64,000 nt of DNA from Mobula hypostoma (taxonomy: Eukaryota). The position numbers were made by a program, and so were the translations under genes. The notes beneath the pieces were generated by a model. The model did no database searches. It was given only the letters and a program-made list of their open reading frames with translations, and was not told the DNA's origin. The stretch covers positions 47,990,001 through 48,054,000 of the forward strand of contig NC_086108.1 in assembly GCF_963921235.1 (NCBI RefSeq). Direction: 5' to 3'. This document shows positions 1 to 14,200 of this stretch, piece by piece (positions within the stretch are counted from its first letter, which is position 1; each line of letters starts with the position of its first letter).

Positions 1-1042
1 AGCCTTGCGCGGGCACTAGTGCGCATGCGCCTGCGCCTGCTGGTTCTTTCTGGCAAATCGTTTTTGGCGATTCTGTTCCGAGGAGGGGGGGTGATGTTAA
101 TCACGACTGGAATATCGGTGATCAGTGGCTAATACACTCAGTTTCGTTTCTAAAAGGGTTTATCTAACGAATTTAATATTAAACACACAGTGCATATTTT
201 CCTCGCATGTATATAGTGATAAGTCAATTATCAGGGGAGGACAGGGGAGCTTGAAGTAAATATTGAACAAACTTCCAGTAGAAGTGATAGAGGCAGGTTC
301 AAAATTATCATTTAAAGAAAAATTGGATAGGTATATGGACAGGAAAGGAATGGAGGGTTATGGGCTGAGTGCAGGTCGGTGGGACTAGGTGAGACTAGCG
401 TTCGGCACGGACTAGAAGGGCAGAGTTGGCCTGTTTCCGTGCTGTAATTGTTATATGGTTATATAAGTAAGTCAATAGCAGCATAATATTTTAAGTAACG
501 TTTGGATATTAAACACACAGCACATATTTTCCCGTATGAACGTATAAAATCATTGCAACACACCTATATCGCTGAATCAGTGGGAGCCCTGGGCCTGTTT
601 TCCTGCAACAAGACGATCCTATCGAGGGGTGAGGGGAGACAGCGATACTCGAAGGGGGCTCCTTATGTCCAGTCAATTCCACAATTTAGTTTTCGTTGCA
701 TTCATTGCAGAAAACTCTGCTTTGTAGAAATATGTTGTAAGCAACGTTTTCAGTGCTTTTGTGCCTGTCTCAGGATATTTAGCCTTGACTTTGATCCGGA
801 ATGCCAGCAGAGATGTTATGTCAAACATACTTTTCAGCCCGCCGTCATTTGCAAGCTCGAGGAGTTGATCTTCTTCCCGCGCTGACATGGACGACACGTG
901 CGTAATGACCTCACGTGCGTAATGGCTCAACAGTGTGTGACAGGGAATGAGGAAAGGTGCAGCTGACTCATATCACCAAATCATATCATTTCCTCACGGC
1001 CCCGTAGCGCATGCTTTGCGGCCTGGTGGTTGGGGACAGCTG
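1..1042 (-). mobile_element. Non-autonomous hAT (Buster/Charlie-type) DNA transposon, cut by the window start
   Basis: Terminus ggttggggacagctg ends at 1042. ORF 673..930(-) gives a hAT C-terminal dimerisation-like segment (LLELANDGGLKSMF..KYPE..AEFSAMNATKTK). It is the reverse-complement homologue of 61734-62929. It interrupts the adjacent CR1 RT just after IDEGRADVV; the flank cactacat fits nnnTAnnn. Confidence 0.9.
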
Positions 1043-4000
1043 CACTACATCTGCTCTTCCTTCATCAATGTGTTTAGTCACATCCTCAAAAAATTCAATC
1101 AGGCTCGTAAGGCATGCCCTGCTCTTGACAAAGCCATGCTGACTATTCCTAATCATATTATACCTCTCCAAATGTTCATAAATCCTGCTTCTCAGGATCT
1201 TCTCCATCAACTTACCAACCACTGAAGTAAGATTCTCTGGTCTATAATTTCCTGGGCTATCCCTACTCCCTTTCTTGAATAAAAGGAACAACATCCGCAA
1301 CCCTCCAATCCTCCGGAACCTCTCCCGTCCCCATTGATGATGCAAAGATCATCGCCAGAGGCTCAGCAATCTCCCCTCGCTTCCCACAGTAGTCTGGGGT
1401 ATATCCCGTCTGGTCTGATTTATCTAACAATGCTTTTCAAAAGCACCAGCACATCCTCTTTCATAATATCTACATGCTCAAGCTTTTCCATCTGCTGCGA
1501 GTCAGCACTACAATCACCAAGATCCTCTTCCATAGTGAATACTGAGGTAAAGTATTTATTAAGTACTTCTGCTATTTCCTCCGGTTCCATACACGCTTTC
1601 CCATGGTTACATTTGATAGGTCGTATTCGTTCACGTCTTATCCTCTTGCTCTTCACATACTTGTAGAATGCCTTGGGGATTTCCTTAACCCTGTTTGCCA
1701 AGGCCTTCTCATGGCCCCTTTCGGGCTCTCCTAATGTCCTTCTTAAGCTCCTTCCTATTAGCCTTATAATCCTCTAGATCTCTAAAATTACCTAGCTCTC
1801 TAAACCTTTTGTAAGCTTTTCTTTTCTTCTTGACTAGATTTATTACAGCCTTTGTTCCTGTACCCTACCATAGCTTCCCTGTCTCATTGGAACGCACCTA
1901 TGCAGGACTCCAACAAATATCCCCTGAATATTTGCCACATTTCTTCTGTACTTTTCCCTGAGAACATCTGTTTCCAGTTTAAGCCTCCAATTTCCTGCCT
2001 GATAGCCTCATAGTTCCCCTTACTCCAATTAAACGCTTTTCTAACTTGTCTGTTCCTATCTCTCTCCAATGCTATTGTAAAGGAGATAGAATTATAGAAC
2101 ATAGAACATAGAACAGTACAGCACAGTACAGGCCCTTCGGCCCACAATGTTAAACCCTGCCTCCCATGTAACCCCCCACCTTAAACCCCTCCATGTACTT
2201 GTCTAGTAGTCTCTTAATTTCACTAGTGTATCTGCCTCCACCACTGACTCAGGGAGTGCATTCCACGCACCAACCACTCTCTCAGTAAATAACCTTCCTC
2301 TAATATCCCCCTTGAACTTCCCACCCCTTATCTTAAAGCCATGTCCTCTTGTATTGAGCAGTGGTGCCCTGGGGAAGAGGCGCTGGTTGTCCACTCTATC
2401 TATTCCTCTTAATATCTTGTATACCTCTATCTTGTCTCCTCTCATCCTCCTTCTCTCCAGGGAGTAAAGCCTGAGCTCCCTTAATCTCTGATCATAATGC
2501 ATACTCTCTAAACCGGGCAGCATCCTGGTAAATCTCCTCTGTACCTTTTCCAATGCTTCCGCATCCTTCCTATAGTGAGACGACCAGAACTGGACACATG
2601 ACTCCAAGTGTGGCCTACCCAGAGTTTTACAGAGCTGCATCATTACCCCGCAACTCTTAAACTCTAACCCTTGACGTATGAAAGCTAACACTCCATAAGC
2701 TTTCTTAACTACCTTACCTACCTGTGAGGGAACTTACAGGGATCTGTGGACATGTACCTCCAGATCCCTCTGCTCCTCCACACTTCCAAGTATCCTGCCA
2801 TTTACTTTGTACTTTGCCTTGAAGTTTGTCCTTCCAAAGTGTACCAAATCACACTTCTCTGGGTTGAACTCCATCTGCCACTTCTCAGCCCACTTCTGCA
2901 TCCTATCAATGTCTCTCTGCAATCTTCGACAATCTTCTACACTATCCACAACACCATCAACCTTTGTGTTGTCTGCAAACTTGCCAACCCACCCTTCTAC
3001 CCCCACATCCAGGTCGTTAATGAAAATCACGAAAAGTCGAGGTCCCAGAACCAATCCTTGTGGGACACCACTAGTCACAACCTCCAATCCGAATGTACTC
3101 CCTCTACCATGACCCTCTGCTTTCTGCAGGCAAGCCAATTCTGAATCCACCTGGCCAAACTTCCCTGGATCCCATGCCTTCTGACTTTCTGAATAAGCCT
3201 ACCGTGTGGATGGAACCTTATCAAATGCTTTACTAAAATCCATGTAGATCACATCCACTGCACTACCCTCATCTATATGCCTGGTCACCCCCTCAAAGAA
3301 CTCTATCAGGCTTGTTAGATATGATCTGCCCTTCAGAAAGCCATGCTGACTGTCCCTGATCAGACCATGATTTTCTAAATGCCCATAGATCCTATCTCTA
3401 AGAATCTTATCCAAAAGCTTTCCCACCACAGACGTAAGGCTCACTCGTCTATAATTATCCGGACTATCCCTACTACCTTTTTTGAACAAGGGGACAACAT
3501 TCACCTCCCTCCAATCCTCCGGTACCATTCCCGTGGACAACAAGGACATAAAGATCCTAGCCAGAGGCTCAAAAAACTCTTCCCTCACCTCGTGGAGCAG
3601 CCTGGGGAATATTCCATCAGGCCCCGGGGGCTTATCCGTCCTAATGTATTTTAACAACTCCAACACCTCCTCTCCTTAATATCAATATGCTCCAGAATAT
3701 CAACCTCAGTCATATTGTCCTCACCGTCATCAAGTTCCCTCTTATCGGTGAATACTGAAGAGAAGTATTCATTGAGGACCTCACTCACTTCCACAGCCTC
3801 CAGGCACATCTTCCCATCTTTATCTCTAATCGGTCCTATCTTCACTCCTGTCATCCTTTTGTTCTTCACATAATTGAAGAATGTCTTGGGGTTTTCCTTT
3901 ACCCTACTTGCCAAGGTCTTCTCATGCCCCCTTCTTGCTCTCCTCAGCCCCTTCTTAAGCTCCTTTCTTGCTACCCTATATTCCTCAATAAACCCATCTG

Positions 4001-6210
4001 ATCCTTGCTTCCTAAACCTCATGTATACTGCCTTCTTCCACCTGACTAGATTCTCCACCTCACTTGTCACCCATGGTTCCTTCACCGTACCATTCTTTAT
4101 CTTCCTCACCAGGACAAATTTATCCCAAACATCCTGCAAGAGATCCCTAAACATCGACCACATGTCCATAGTACATTTCCCTGCAAAAACATCATCCCAA
4201 TTCACACCCGCAAGTTCTAGCCTTATAGCCTCATAATTTTCCCTTCCCCAATTAAAAATTTTCCTGTCCTCTCTGATTCTATCCTTTTCCATGATAATGC
4301 TAAAGGCCAGGGAGCGGTGGTCACTGTCCCCCAGATGCTCACCCACTGAGAAATCTGTGACATGACCTGGTTCATGGCATTCCCCCAGTCGGCCTGTCAA
4401 CATACTGTGACAGAAATCCATCCTGGACACGCTTAACAAACTCTGCCCCATCTAAACCATTGGAACTAATCAGGTGCCAATCAATATTAGAGAAGTTAAA
4501 GTCACCCATGATAACAACCCTGTTATTTTTGCACCTTTCCGAAATCTGCCTCCCAATCTGCTCCTCGGTATCTCTGCTGCTACCAGGGGGCCAATGGAAT
4601 ACCCCCAATAGAGTAACTGTTCCCTTCCTGTTCCTGACTTCTACCCATATTGACTCAAAAGAGGATCCTGCTACATTACCCACCCCTTCTGTAGCTGTAA
4701 TAGTATCATTGACCAGTAATGCCACACCTCCTCCCCCTTTCCCCCCTCTCTATCCCTTTTAAAACACTGAAATCCAGAATATTGTGAATCCATTCCTGCA
4801 ATGGTGCCAGCCAAGTCTGTGTCATGGCCACTACATCATAATTCCATGTACGTATCCAAGCTCTCAGTTCATCACCTTTGTTTCTGATGCTTCTTGCATT
4901 GAGTACACGCACTTTAGCCCTTCTTCCTTACTACCTTTACACCCTTTATTCTGTTTCTTTTTCCTCACAGCCTCTTCATATGTTAGATCTGGCTTTACTC
5001 CATGCACTATACTTGCAGTTCTCGCATGACCTTTATCCTCCTCCACCTCACTATCTGCTCTAACACTCTGGTTCCCCTTCCCCTGCAAATCTAGTTTAAA
5101 CCCCCCCAGAGCAGCACTAGCAAACCTTCCTGCAAGGATGTTAGTCCCCCTCCAGTTCAGGTGCAACCCGTCCCGTTGGAACAGGTCCCACCTTCCCTGG
5201 AACAAGGCCCAATTGTCCAGAAACATGAAGCCCTCCCTCCTGCACCAACTCCTTAGCCACTATCTCCAAAATGGTCACTATCTCCAAAATGCTCTCCCAC
5301 TGAGAGATCTGACACCTGACTAGGTTCATTTCCCAATACCAAAGCAAGTACAGCCTCTCCTCTTGTAGGCTTATCTACATATTGTATCAAGAAACCTTCC
5401 TGAACACACCTAACAAACTCCACCCCATTTAAACCCCTTGCTCTTGGGAGATGCCAATCGATATTTGGGAAATTAAAATGTCCCATCACAACAACTCATT
5501 ATTCAACCTTTCCAGGATCTGTTTGCCTATCTGTTCCTCGATATCCTTGTTACCATTGGGCGGCCTATAAAAAACACCCAGTAGTTATTGACCCCTTCCT
5601 GTTCCTAACCTCCACCCACAGAGAATCTGCAGACAATCCCTCCATGGCGTCCATCTTTTCTGCAGCCGTGACACTATCTCTGATCAACAGTGCCATGCCC
5701 ACACCTCTTTTGCCTCCCTCCCTGTCCTTTCTGAAACATCTAAAACCTGGCATTTGAAGTAACCATTCCTGTCCCTGAGCCATTCAAGTCTCTGTAATGG
5801 CCACCACATCATATCTCCAAGTACTGTTCCACGCTCTAAGCTCACCTGCTTTGTTCACAACACTCCTTGCGTTAAAATAGACACAACTCAAACCTTCGGT
5901 CTGAGCATGTTCCTTCTCTATCACCTGCCTATCTCCCTCTCGCACTGTCTCTAAGCTTTCTCTATTTGTGAGCCAACCTCTGCTTCCCCAGTCTCTTCAG
6001 TTCAGTTCCCACCCCCGACAATTCTAGTTTAAACTCTTTCCAGTAGCCTTAGCAAACCTCCCCGCCAGGATATTGGTCCCCCTGGGATTCAAGTGCAACC
6101 CGTCCTTTTTGTACAGGTCACCCCTCCCCCAAAAGAGGTCCCAATAATCCAGAAATCTGATTCCCTGCCCCCTGCTCCAATCCCTCAGCACACATTTATT
6201 GTCCACCTCA
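1043..6210 (-). mobile_element. CR1-clade LINE (copy A), decayed, split by a nested CR1
   Basis: SGNH-esterase-like ORF1 end (DLYKKDGLHLN, 6024-6206); APE endonuclease (MGHFNFPNIDW..GEHFGDSDH, 5253-5783); tether and RT N-terminus (NYRPENLTSVVGK..QHGFVKSRACLTSLIEFFE, 1043-2095). The frame DSDH|NSISF joins 5273 to 2095. Confidence 0.9.
2096..5257 (-). mobile_element. Nested CR1-clade LINE (copy B), 5'-truncated in ORF1, frameshifted ORF2
   Basis: (TTCTATG)n-type tail at about 2094-2114 and 3' UTR; RT motifs GVPQGLVLGP and KFADNTK (2734-3150), YMDFSKAFDKV (3199-3666); endonuclease (4372-4912); esterase-like ORF1 (RDGLHLN, 4864-5226). Confidence 0.92.
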
Positions 6211-6339
6211 TTCTATTCATTCTATAAAATTTGTTCAATCTGAATTCCGTTCATGCCTTACTCTGACTATCATTCCAATGTGATGTTATTCCTTCATTTT
6301 CCCACTCAGAATAAAGGTTCATAATTACAAAAAGCCACT

Positions 6340-6560
6340 CATGACCTAAGAATGTCTCAAGTGATTTATAGATAATTAAGTGTTTTTAGTGTAAACTTAC
6401 TGAAGGAATGTAGGAACAATTCTCCTGGAAAACAGTGAAAATCTGCATTAATTTATTGGTTGTGGGATAACAGCTGGCTACGATACCAGGAACCCCATGC
6501 TCCTTGAATGGTGCCATGAAATTTTTGATAACAACCTGAGAGGGCAGACTACACTTTGTT
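6340..6560 (-). mobile_element. Old Deu-domain SINE relic (SacSINE1-like)
   Basis: Degenerate match to the Deu-domain consensus as I recall it (gggataa..ggc..accagg..ccccatgctccttgaatggtgccatg); resembles 15000-15235. Confidence 0.45.
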
Positions 6561-6747
6561 TAATAATTTTTATGAATTGCAGTAGATATATTGTATTTCA
6601 TGAGACTGGTAGCTTCATTTTTATTCTTTTCATTGAGAGGCTAGAATACTACTTGGTGCAAGTAAAACAGGCAATTTTGAAAAGAAAGCTATTTTATCTA
6701 AAGATAGCAAAAATATGAGATTCATATTTTTATTCTATTTGTATATT

Positions 6748-6835
6748 TAGATTAGATTAGATTAGATTATGAGGACACACAGTCCTCTTTTATTGTCATA
6801 TAGTAATGCATGCATTAAGAAAGGATACAATATAT
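6748..6835 (-). mobile_element. Short LINE 3' end with (ATTAG)n tail
   Basis: tagattagattagattagattatg followed by ttttattgtcat (antisense ACAATAAAA), the same 3'-end layout as the Rex1-like LINEs elsewhere in the window. Confidence 0.55.
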
Positions 6836-8289
6836 TTCACTGCCCTTTTGGAAGTTGTTGCAAGATGATTCTTTAATATTTATATATGGTTGCAGTAATG
6901 GCAACAATGCAATGAGTAAAATTTTTTTCCACCTTGAGCCTTGAGGTGGGGTGAGTGGGTATTGGCTTTGCAACTTCTCTTGAGAATGGGATACAATTCC
7001 CAATGCAACATGCAACATGGAGTGTATACCATTTGCATCTTACATTCTGGAGAATATACCAATGGGAATATGATATTCAGATTTTGGGGAATAAATTAGT
7101 GCTCAGTTAACAGTGTGCTTACAAGAGAGGAATTTCTATGTTAATTACGCATTAACTTAACAAGCTGAATGATATGATCATCTTAATTGAAAGCAAGGTC
7201 ATTTTGCCAAGAAGAGGCATGTTATCCACTTTTACGGCTAATTGTTCCCACAGAGATAATTAGAACTTAAAGAGGCTATACAAACGTAAGTTGTTATTAT
7301 TGTCTTACAGCATCTCAAATAAACATCAGCTATAAACTGCAATCCTTTGATGTTTTCTAAAGTCTGCCAAGGTTTTTGCTTGATGTTGTAGCAGTTTTCA
7401 TTCCTCAGCTGAAGTAAATTTTGTAAGGGAAATTATCCTAGATAGATGAGGAACATTTGTTGCTTTATTGACATTATAGCCTTGTATCTCCCTTGTCCTT
7501 TGGACATCAAGGATTCTATGATCATTTTTCCTTAAAACTTCCTGTAACTTTAGAAAGTCACTTAAGTAAAATAGTACTCTTTATTGTCACTTAGCCACAC
7601 ATAAATATAAATAAATCATAAAGACAGAAAATCTCCCTTCAAACAAAATGCTTACAATTTAAGCACATCAGTAATATTTTAATTTTCAGCAGGAGGTCAC
7701 AATCAGTTCATTGAATGATCTGAATTAATGAATCATCTTAACTTAATTCCATGACAAAATGGAGCTTTAATGTTCTTCCCTGCAAAGTCTCTTGATAATA
7801 GTATCATTACTCAACCACCAGACAAAAAAATCTCCACCATCAATTAAAGTTATACTATGGGCAAAATAATTCTGGAAGCTTTCAAAGCACAGAGAAGTCT
7901 ATAAGGATGAACAACTATTGTTGTGATAAGGCCACACTCAGGTTGGAGGAACAACAGCTCATATTCAATTTGGGTAACCTCCAACCTGATGACATGAAAA
8001 TCGATTTCCCAAACTTCCACTAATGTTCCCCCTTCACCATTTTCCATCCCCCTTTCCCCCTTTCATATTATCTCCTTGCCCACCCATCATCTCCCTTTGG
8101 TGCTTCTTCCCCCAACCCCTTCTTCTTTCTTCCATGGCCTTCTGTCTCTTTCACCAATCAACTTCATGCCCCCCACTCCAAGTTTCACCTGTTGCCTTGT
8201 GTTTCTCTCCTCTCCGCTCCCCCCATCTTTCAAATCTACTCCTCAGCTTTTTTCTCCAGTCCTGCCCAAGGGTTTTGGCCAGAAATGTC

Positions 8290-11200
8290 TTCTTCCCAAT
8301 ATTTTTATTAGTTTCTACATAGAAGAATACAGAGTACAAGAAAGTATATATATAAAAGGTCAAAAAAGATTAAAAACTACCAATTACATTATATCTATTC
8401 ATAATAACAATCTCATTTCCTCGTATTCCTGTAAGTTATTCAACAGTTATATTGAAACATAATACTTTCTCATATAATAAAAAATAATAATAGCCAACAT
8501 CTGAATTTAAACAACCAATTGGAGGTTTTGAAAATAATTCAGGAAAGGTCCCCACAATGTTTGAAAGTCTTGACGAGATTCAGAAATTGAACAACAAATC
8601 TTCTCTAAATCTAAGCATGACATAACGTCGCATAACCATTGAGCATGAGTAGGCGGAAAAACATGTTTCCATTTAAACAAAAGCACCCTCCTAGCTATAA
8701 GAGAGCTAAAGGCCAAAATATGTAAATCAGATGTCTTCAGCTTGATATCTTGTCCTGCAACAATACCAAATAGGGCAGTCAGAGGATTAGGCTTAAAATT
8801 GACTTTGAAAAGTAAAGAAAAAGTCTGAGAAACTCCCTTCCTATATTTTTCAAGAGTCGGACAGGTCCAAAACATATGAATTAATGAAGCTTCTCCATTA
8901 TTACATCTGTCACAGTAGGGAGATATATCCGAATAAAAACAAAACAGCTTAACCTTAGTCATTTGAGCTCTATGTACCACCTTAAATTGTATGAGGGAAT
9001 GGCGAGCACATAATGATGAAGTATTAACTGGTTTAAAATTTTTACTCCAAGTTTCCTCAGATACTGATGTCTGTAAATCTTGTTCCCAGAGATTCTTAAT
9101 TTTGTCTAAAGGAACATTCCTTGTCTCCAGTAACATACCATAACTATTAGATGTTGAACCATGATGAAAAGGTGTCAAATTGAAAATTACGTCTAGTAAG
9201 TTTTTATCTGCGCTTAGAGGAAATGTGCATAATTGAGATCTTAGAAAGTCTCTGATTTGTAAATATCTAAAAAAGTGGGTTTTGGTAAGCTATATTTAGC
9301 TGACAATTGCTCAAATGAAAAAAGATTTCCTCCAACATACAGATCCCAAAAACATGTGTTACATACCTCGTGGGTATCTTGTGACTGTCTTATGACCATG
9401 ATGTAATTGAGTGTCTTGTGAGCGTGATGTAATGGTCTTCTGGAGGTCACATGATGTAATTTCCCCGCCAGCGTGAGGTCACATGATGACCTGTTCTCAA
9501 CAGGTATATAACGGGAAACCCCTGTTGTTACGCAGTTTTTTTTAGTTCGTCAGTTACTCCGTTATGCTGCGTATTTGTCTCATGGCGCAGTTTAGCTTTA
9601 AAATGGAGTTTTACTTTCTATTTTAAGGTGCAAAGATTGGTGCTAGCAGTTTTGCCAGTCGCTGCCAGTTTTGTGTGTTGCATCTATAATTTTTCCTTTA
9701 CAGTAGTATTGGAGAGTGAAGGATCGAATAAAGTCGGAGTCGTTCGGCGGTTTTATAAAGAATCGACCTTATTGAGTCTTTGTTCAGAAATAGTGACATG
9801 CATCTGAGATAACTCCTGCAACAGCAGGGAAGTTTGTGCAGTGTTCACTCGCTAGGAAAAGGTCAGTTCCTTTAAGCCATTTTATTTCCTTCGTCGTGAA
9901 TCCTTTGGAGAATTAGCAGTAACGTCACGTTTTCGAAGAAATCCGTTTCCGGAGAAGTCTCTCCTTATTGACTGTGTAAATCACTTGGACTTTTGAATTT
10001 ACCACTTTAAGAACTGTTCCAGAGTTGCCGTATAGCAGTTAACTTCCGGTTAAGTTAGTCGTTTGAATATTTTTTCCGCTATTGTTGAGCAGAGTTTAAT
10101 AAATGTTTGTTTGTTTATAAAACCTGACTCAATTATATATTCATTGTTGCTGATTATGTAACACATTTAATACACAACCTGTCCCATTCTTTAAAAACTA
10201 AAACAGTCATGGAGGGTTTAAAAAAAGTTAGAATAAATGGGATTTGAAAGAAAAAATCTCAATAAACCAAAGTGTTTTCTAAATTGTATCTAGATCCTCA
10301 GGGTATGTTAAACTATTAAATTATCAGTTAGTTTACTTACAAATAAAGGAAGTGAGGATCCAAGAAGAGAAATAATAGAAAATTTATTAACAGAGTTAGC
10401 TCCTAAAGAAACCCATACCGGACAGTCTACATAATTAATATAATATAGCCAAAACGTAAGACATCATATATTAACTGCCCAGTAATAAAACCTAAAATTA
10501 GGTAAGGCTAAACCTCCAGACTTTTTAGATTTTTGAAGATGAACTTTATTTAAATGAATGATGTTTATTTTTCCATATATAAGAGGACAAAATAGAATCA
10601 AGGGAGTCCAAAAAGGATTTAGGAATAAAAACGGGTAAAGCCTGAAAAAGATGTATAAATTTAGCTAGAATATTCATTTTAATAGAATTAATTCATCCAA
10701 TCAATGATATTGACAGAGGTGACCAATTCAATGACATCCTTTTTATATGGTTCAATAAAGTAAGAAAGTTTTCTTTAAACAGGTGTTTGTAACTCTTAAT
10801 GACTGTTACACCCAAATAAGTAAATTGATTCCTTGCAATGTTAAAAGGGAGATTAGTATTAATTGATACCAAATTATTTAAAGGAAATAATCCACTCTTA
10901 TGTAGGATCAATTTATATCCTGAAATCTGGCTAAAACGGGAGAGTAAAGAAAGTACGCAAGGAAATGAGGTCTCAACATAGGAGATAAAAAGCAATATAT
11001 CATCAGTGTAAAGCGAGATTTTGTGAGTAAATCCTCTCCTTAAAATACCACAGATATCACTAGATTCTCCAATGGCTAGGGGTTCTAAAGCTAAATCAAA
11101 GAGCAAAGGACTCAACGGACAACCTTGTCTAGTTCCGCGGTGAAGTTTAAATGGTTTGGAACTTTGAAAGTTAGTAAGAACTTGAGCAGAAGGAGATAGA

Positions 11201-14200
11201 TAAAGTAATTTAATCCATTGAATCAAATCTGGTCCAAAATTAAATTTTTCTAAGGTTTTAAATAAATAATTCCATTCAACCTGATCAAAGGCCTTCTCAG
11301 CATCTAAGGATATCACACATTCTGATATCTCCTGAGAAGGAGAGTAGGTAACATTTAAAACACGGTGTATATTAAAATGGGAATGTCGGTTTTTTAATAA
11401 ATCCAGTCTGATCATCAGAGATAATAGAAGGTAAATTATTTTCAATCCTACGAGCCAGAACTTTAGAAAGGATTTTAGTATCAACATTAAGTAATGAAAT
11501 TGGTCTATATGAAGAGCTTTCAGTTGGGTACTTGTTCTTTTTCACAATAAGTGAAATAGAAGCTTCATAGAAAGATTGAGGCGAGCTACCCAATTTGAAA
11601 GAATCCAAAAAAACTAAGTGTAACTGCGGTATAATTAATGAGGAAAAAGCCTTATAGAATTCTCCAGAAAATCCATCTGAACCCAGAGCCTTCCACGAGT
11701 GTAATGAACGTACAGCCTCAGCAATTTCCTCATAAGAAATGAGTTGATCCATCTGTTTGCAATTATCTGCAGAAAGTGCAGGGATATTTAATTGATCCAG
11801 AAAATTATTCATTACAGTACTATCTTTGGGAGAATCAGAACTATAAAGTTTAGAATAGAATTCTCCAAAGGTATCATTTATTTCAGAGTGATCAGTTGTC
11901 CTATCACCATTAGTTTTACAAATTTCTTTAATTTGTCGTTTAACAACAGAAATTTTTAATTGGTTGGCCAATACTTTGCCTGATTTATCTCCATGAATGT
12001 AAAAATGAGTTTTATCTTTAAGAATTTGAGTTTCAATTGGATATGTTAACAGAAGATCATATTTAGTTTTAACTTCAACACGTCTTTTATATAAAACAGA
12101 ATCTGGAGCTGTAGCATATTTTTGATCTAATTGTTTCAATTGATTGGCGAATTCTTTCTTTATTAGCTTTATTCTTAACACTCACAGTATAAGAAATAAT
12201 TTGTCCTCTAATATAGGCCTTGAAAGTATCCCATACAATAAGATTAGAAGTCACTTCCTTTTTATTCTCTTCAAAAACAAAATAATATGCCTCTCTAGAA
12301 ATTTTAAAAATTCCTTATCAGATAACAAAGTTGTATTAAAACGCAAAAATCTATTTGTTTGGGGAAAACCAAGGAGATTTAAAGATAGAAATACAGGACC
12401 GTGATCTGAGATTGCATTCTCTTTATATTCACAGGAACGAACTGATGAAATCATTTGACTATCGATAAAAAAAATCAATCCTGGAATATGTACGATGGAC
12501 ATGGCAAAAAAAAAACCAAGTACTCCCTATCTAAAGGATGTAAAAAACGCCAAATATCAACAATACCACACTTCAATAAAAAAGATTGAATAAACAAAGC
12601 TGATTTGTTAAGAGACATTGGTTTAGAAGATGATCGGTCTAAAATTGGGTCTAGCCAACTGTTAAAATCTCCTCCCATCACCAGAGAATAAAGACTCAGA
12701 GCTGGTAAAAATGAAAAACAAATGCTCAAAGAATCCTGAATCATTTTGCCTGAAACTATAACAAAACGTCCATTGGTATCAGACACTACTTTATGTTGGA
12801 CAAAGGAAAGTGTATTATCTATAAGAGTTGAAACTCCTCTAGATTTAGCCTGAAAAGAAGAATGAAAACAAAGTCCATTCCAACGGCTAAAAAAACCGTA
12901 AATTATCACATTTGCGTATGTGAGTTTCTTGTAAGAAAATAATAGGAACCTTAAATTTCCTAATAAAAGAAAAAATCTTTCTACATTTAACAGAGTGATT
13001 TAACCCTTTCACATTAAAACTGAGTAAATTAATAGCTTGGTCCATTTTTAATATTATTTAAAGGAAGGGTTAAAATGTAAGTTAAAACCAACCCATAAAT
13101 CTTGAGAAATGGTAACCAAGCAACAAGTTGGCTAAAAATTCGAAAACAGCTTCTGAGAAAAAAAACCATACCCCCGCCCACCTCCCAAAGAAAAAAGGCC
13201 GACCAATAGAAAGCCGGCATCTACAACTACGGACAACCCCCCAAAAAACCTGGTGATCGCTCCAATTAGTTTCAAGGTTATTTATATTCCAACCTAGACA
13301 AAACAATATCCAAACAAGAAATTCAATTCTCATATATCAAAAATACAGTATTAAAAATACAAAAAGAAATTAGTTACAAAGGTTTACCAAAAGTAAAAGA
13401 TGCAATTATTCATACAGAAAGACATTAACCATTAATCTTGTATCTTCATGAAAAACAGACTAAGCAGTTAGCCTTCAAATTTAAAAAATCTTTGTGCTTC
13501 AGCATTCAAACGAAACTATTCGAAGGATCCATCTTTAATGAGTTTCTCAGTCAAACTGGGTAGCCAGGGGATGGCTTGAGACCTTTGTTAAAAAAAATCC
13601 CTCAAAGCTTGTTTACACTTAGCATATTCCTGCATAACCTCAAATGAATAATCTTCGAGGATCTTAATATTCCAACCTATAACCAATCATGCCCCTTCGA
13701 CGAGATCCGCAAATTAAACGTTTCTCATTTAATCTTGTGTCTTCATGTAAAGACAAATTAAACAGCTAGCCTTCGGATTTTAAAAACCTTTGTGCTTCAA
13801 CAGTCGAACAAAACCATTTGGAAGATCCATCTTTAAGTGTGATTCTGAGTCAGGCTGGGTAGCGAAGGGAAGGCTTGAAACCCTTGTTAAAAAACACGGA
13901 CATAACTTCTTTGAATTTAGCATGTTCCTGCATAACCTCAGGAGAGATTCGCGAATTAACAGTTCCTTTGTTTGAAATTCATGAAAACAGATTATTACTG
14001 ATCTTGGTCTATCTCCCTTAGGAGGTCTAAACACAGGAGATCTGTAAACTTGATCAATCATAGGCAAAGATGTCAAAATTTCTGGAAATAATTCTCCCAA
14101 AAAGTTTGCAAAAAATTCCATAGGATGATTACCTTTGATTAATTCTTCGAGACCCAGAACCCGTAGGTTGTTTCTTCTACTACTTTCTAGGTTGATCATC

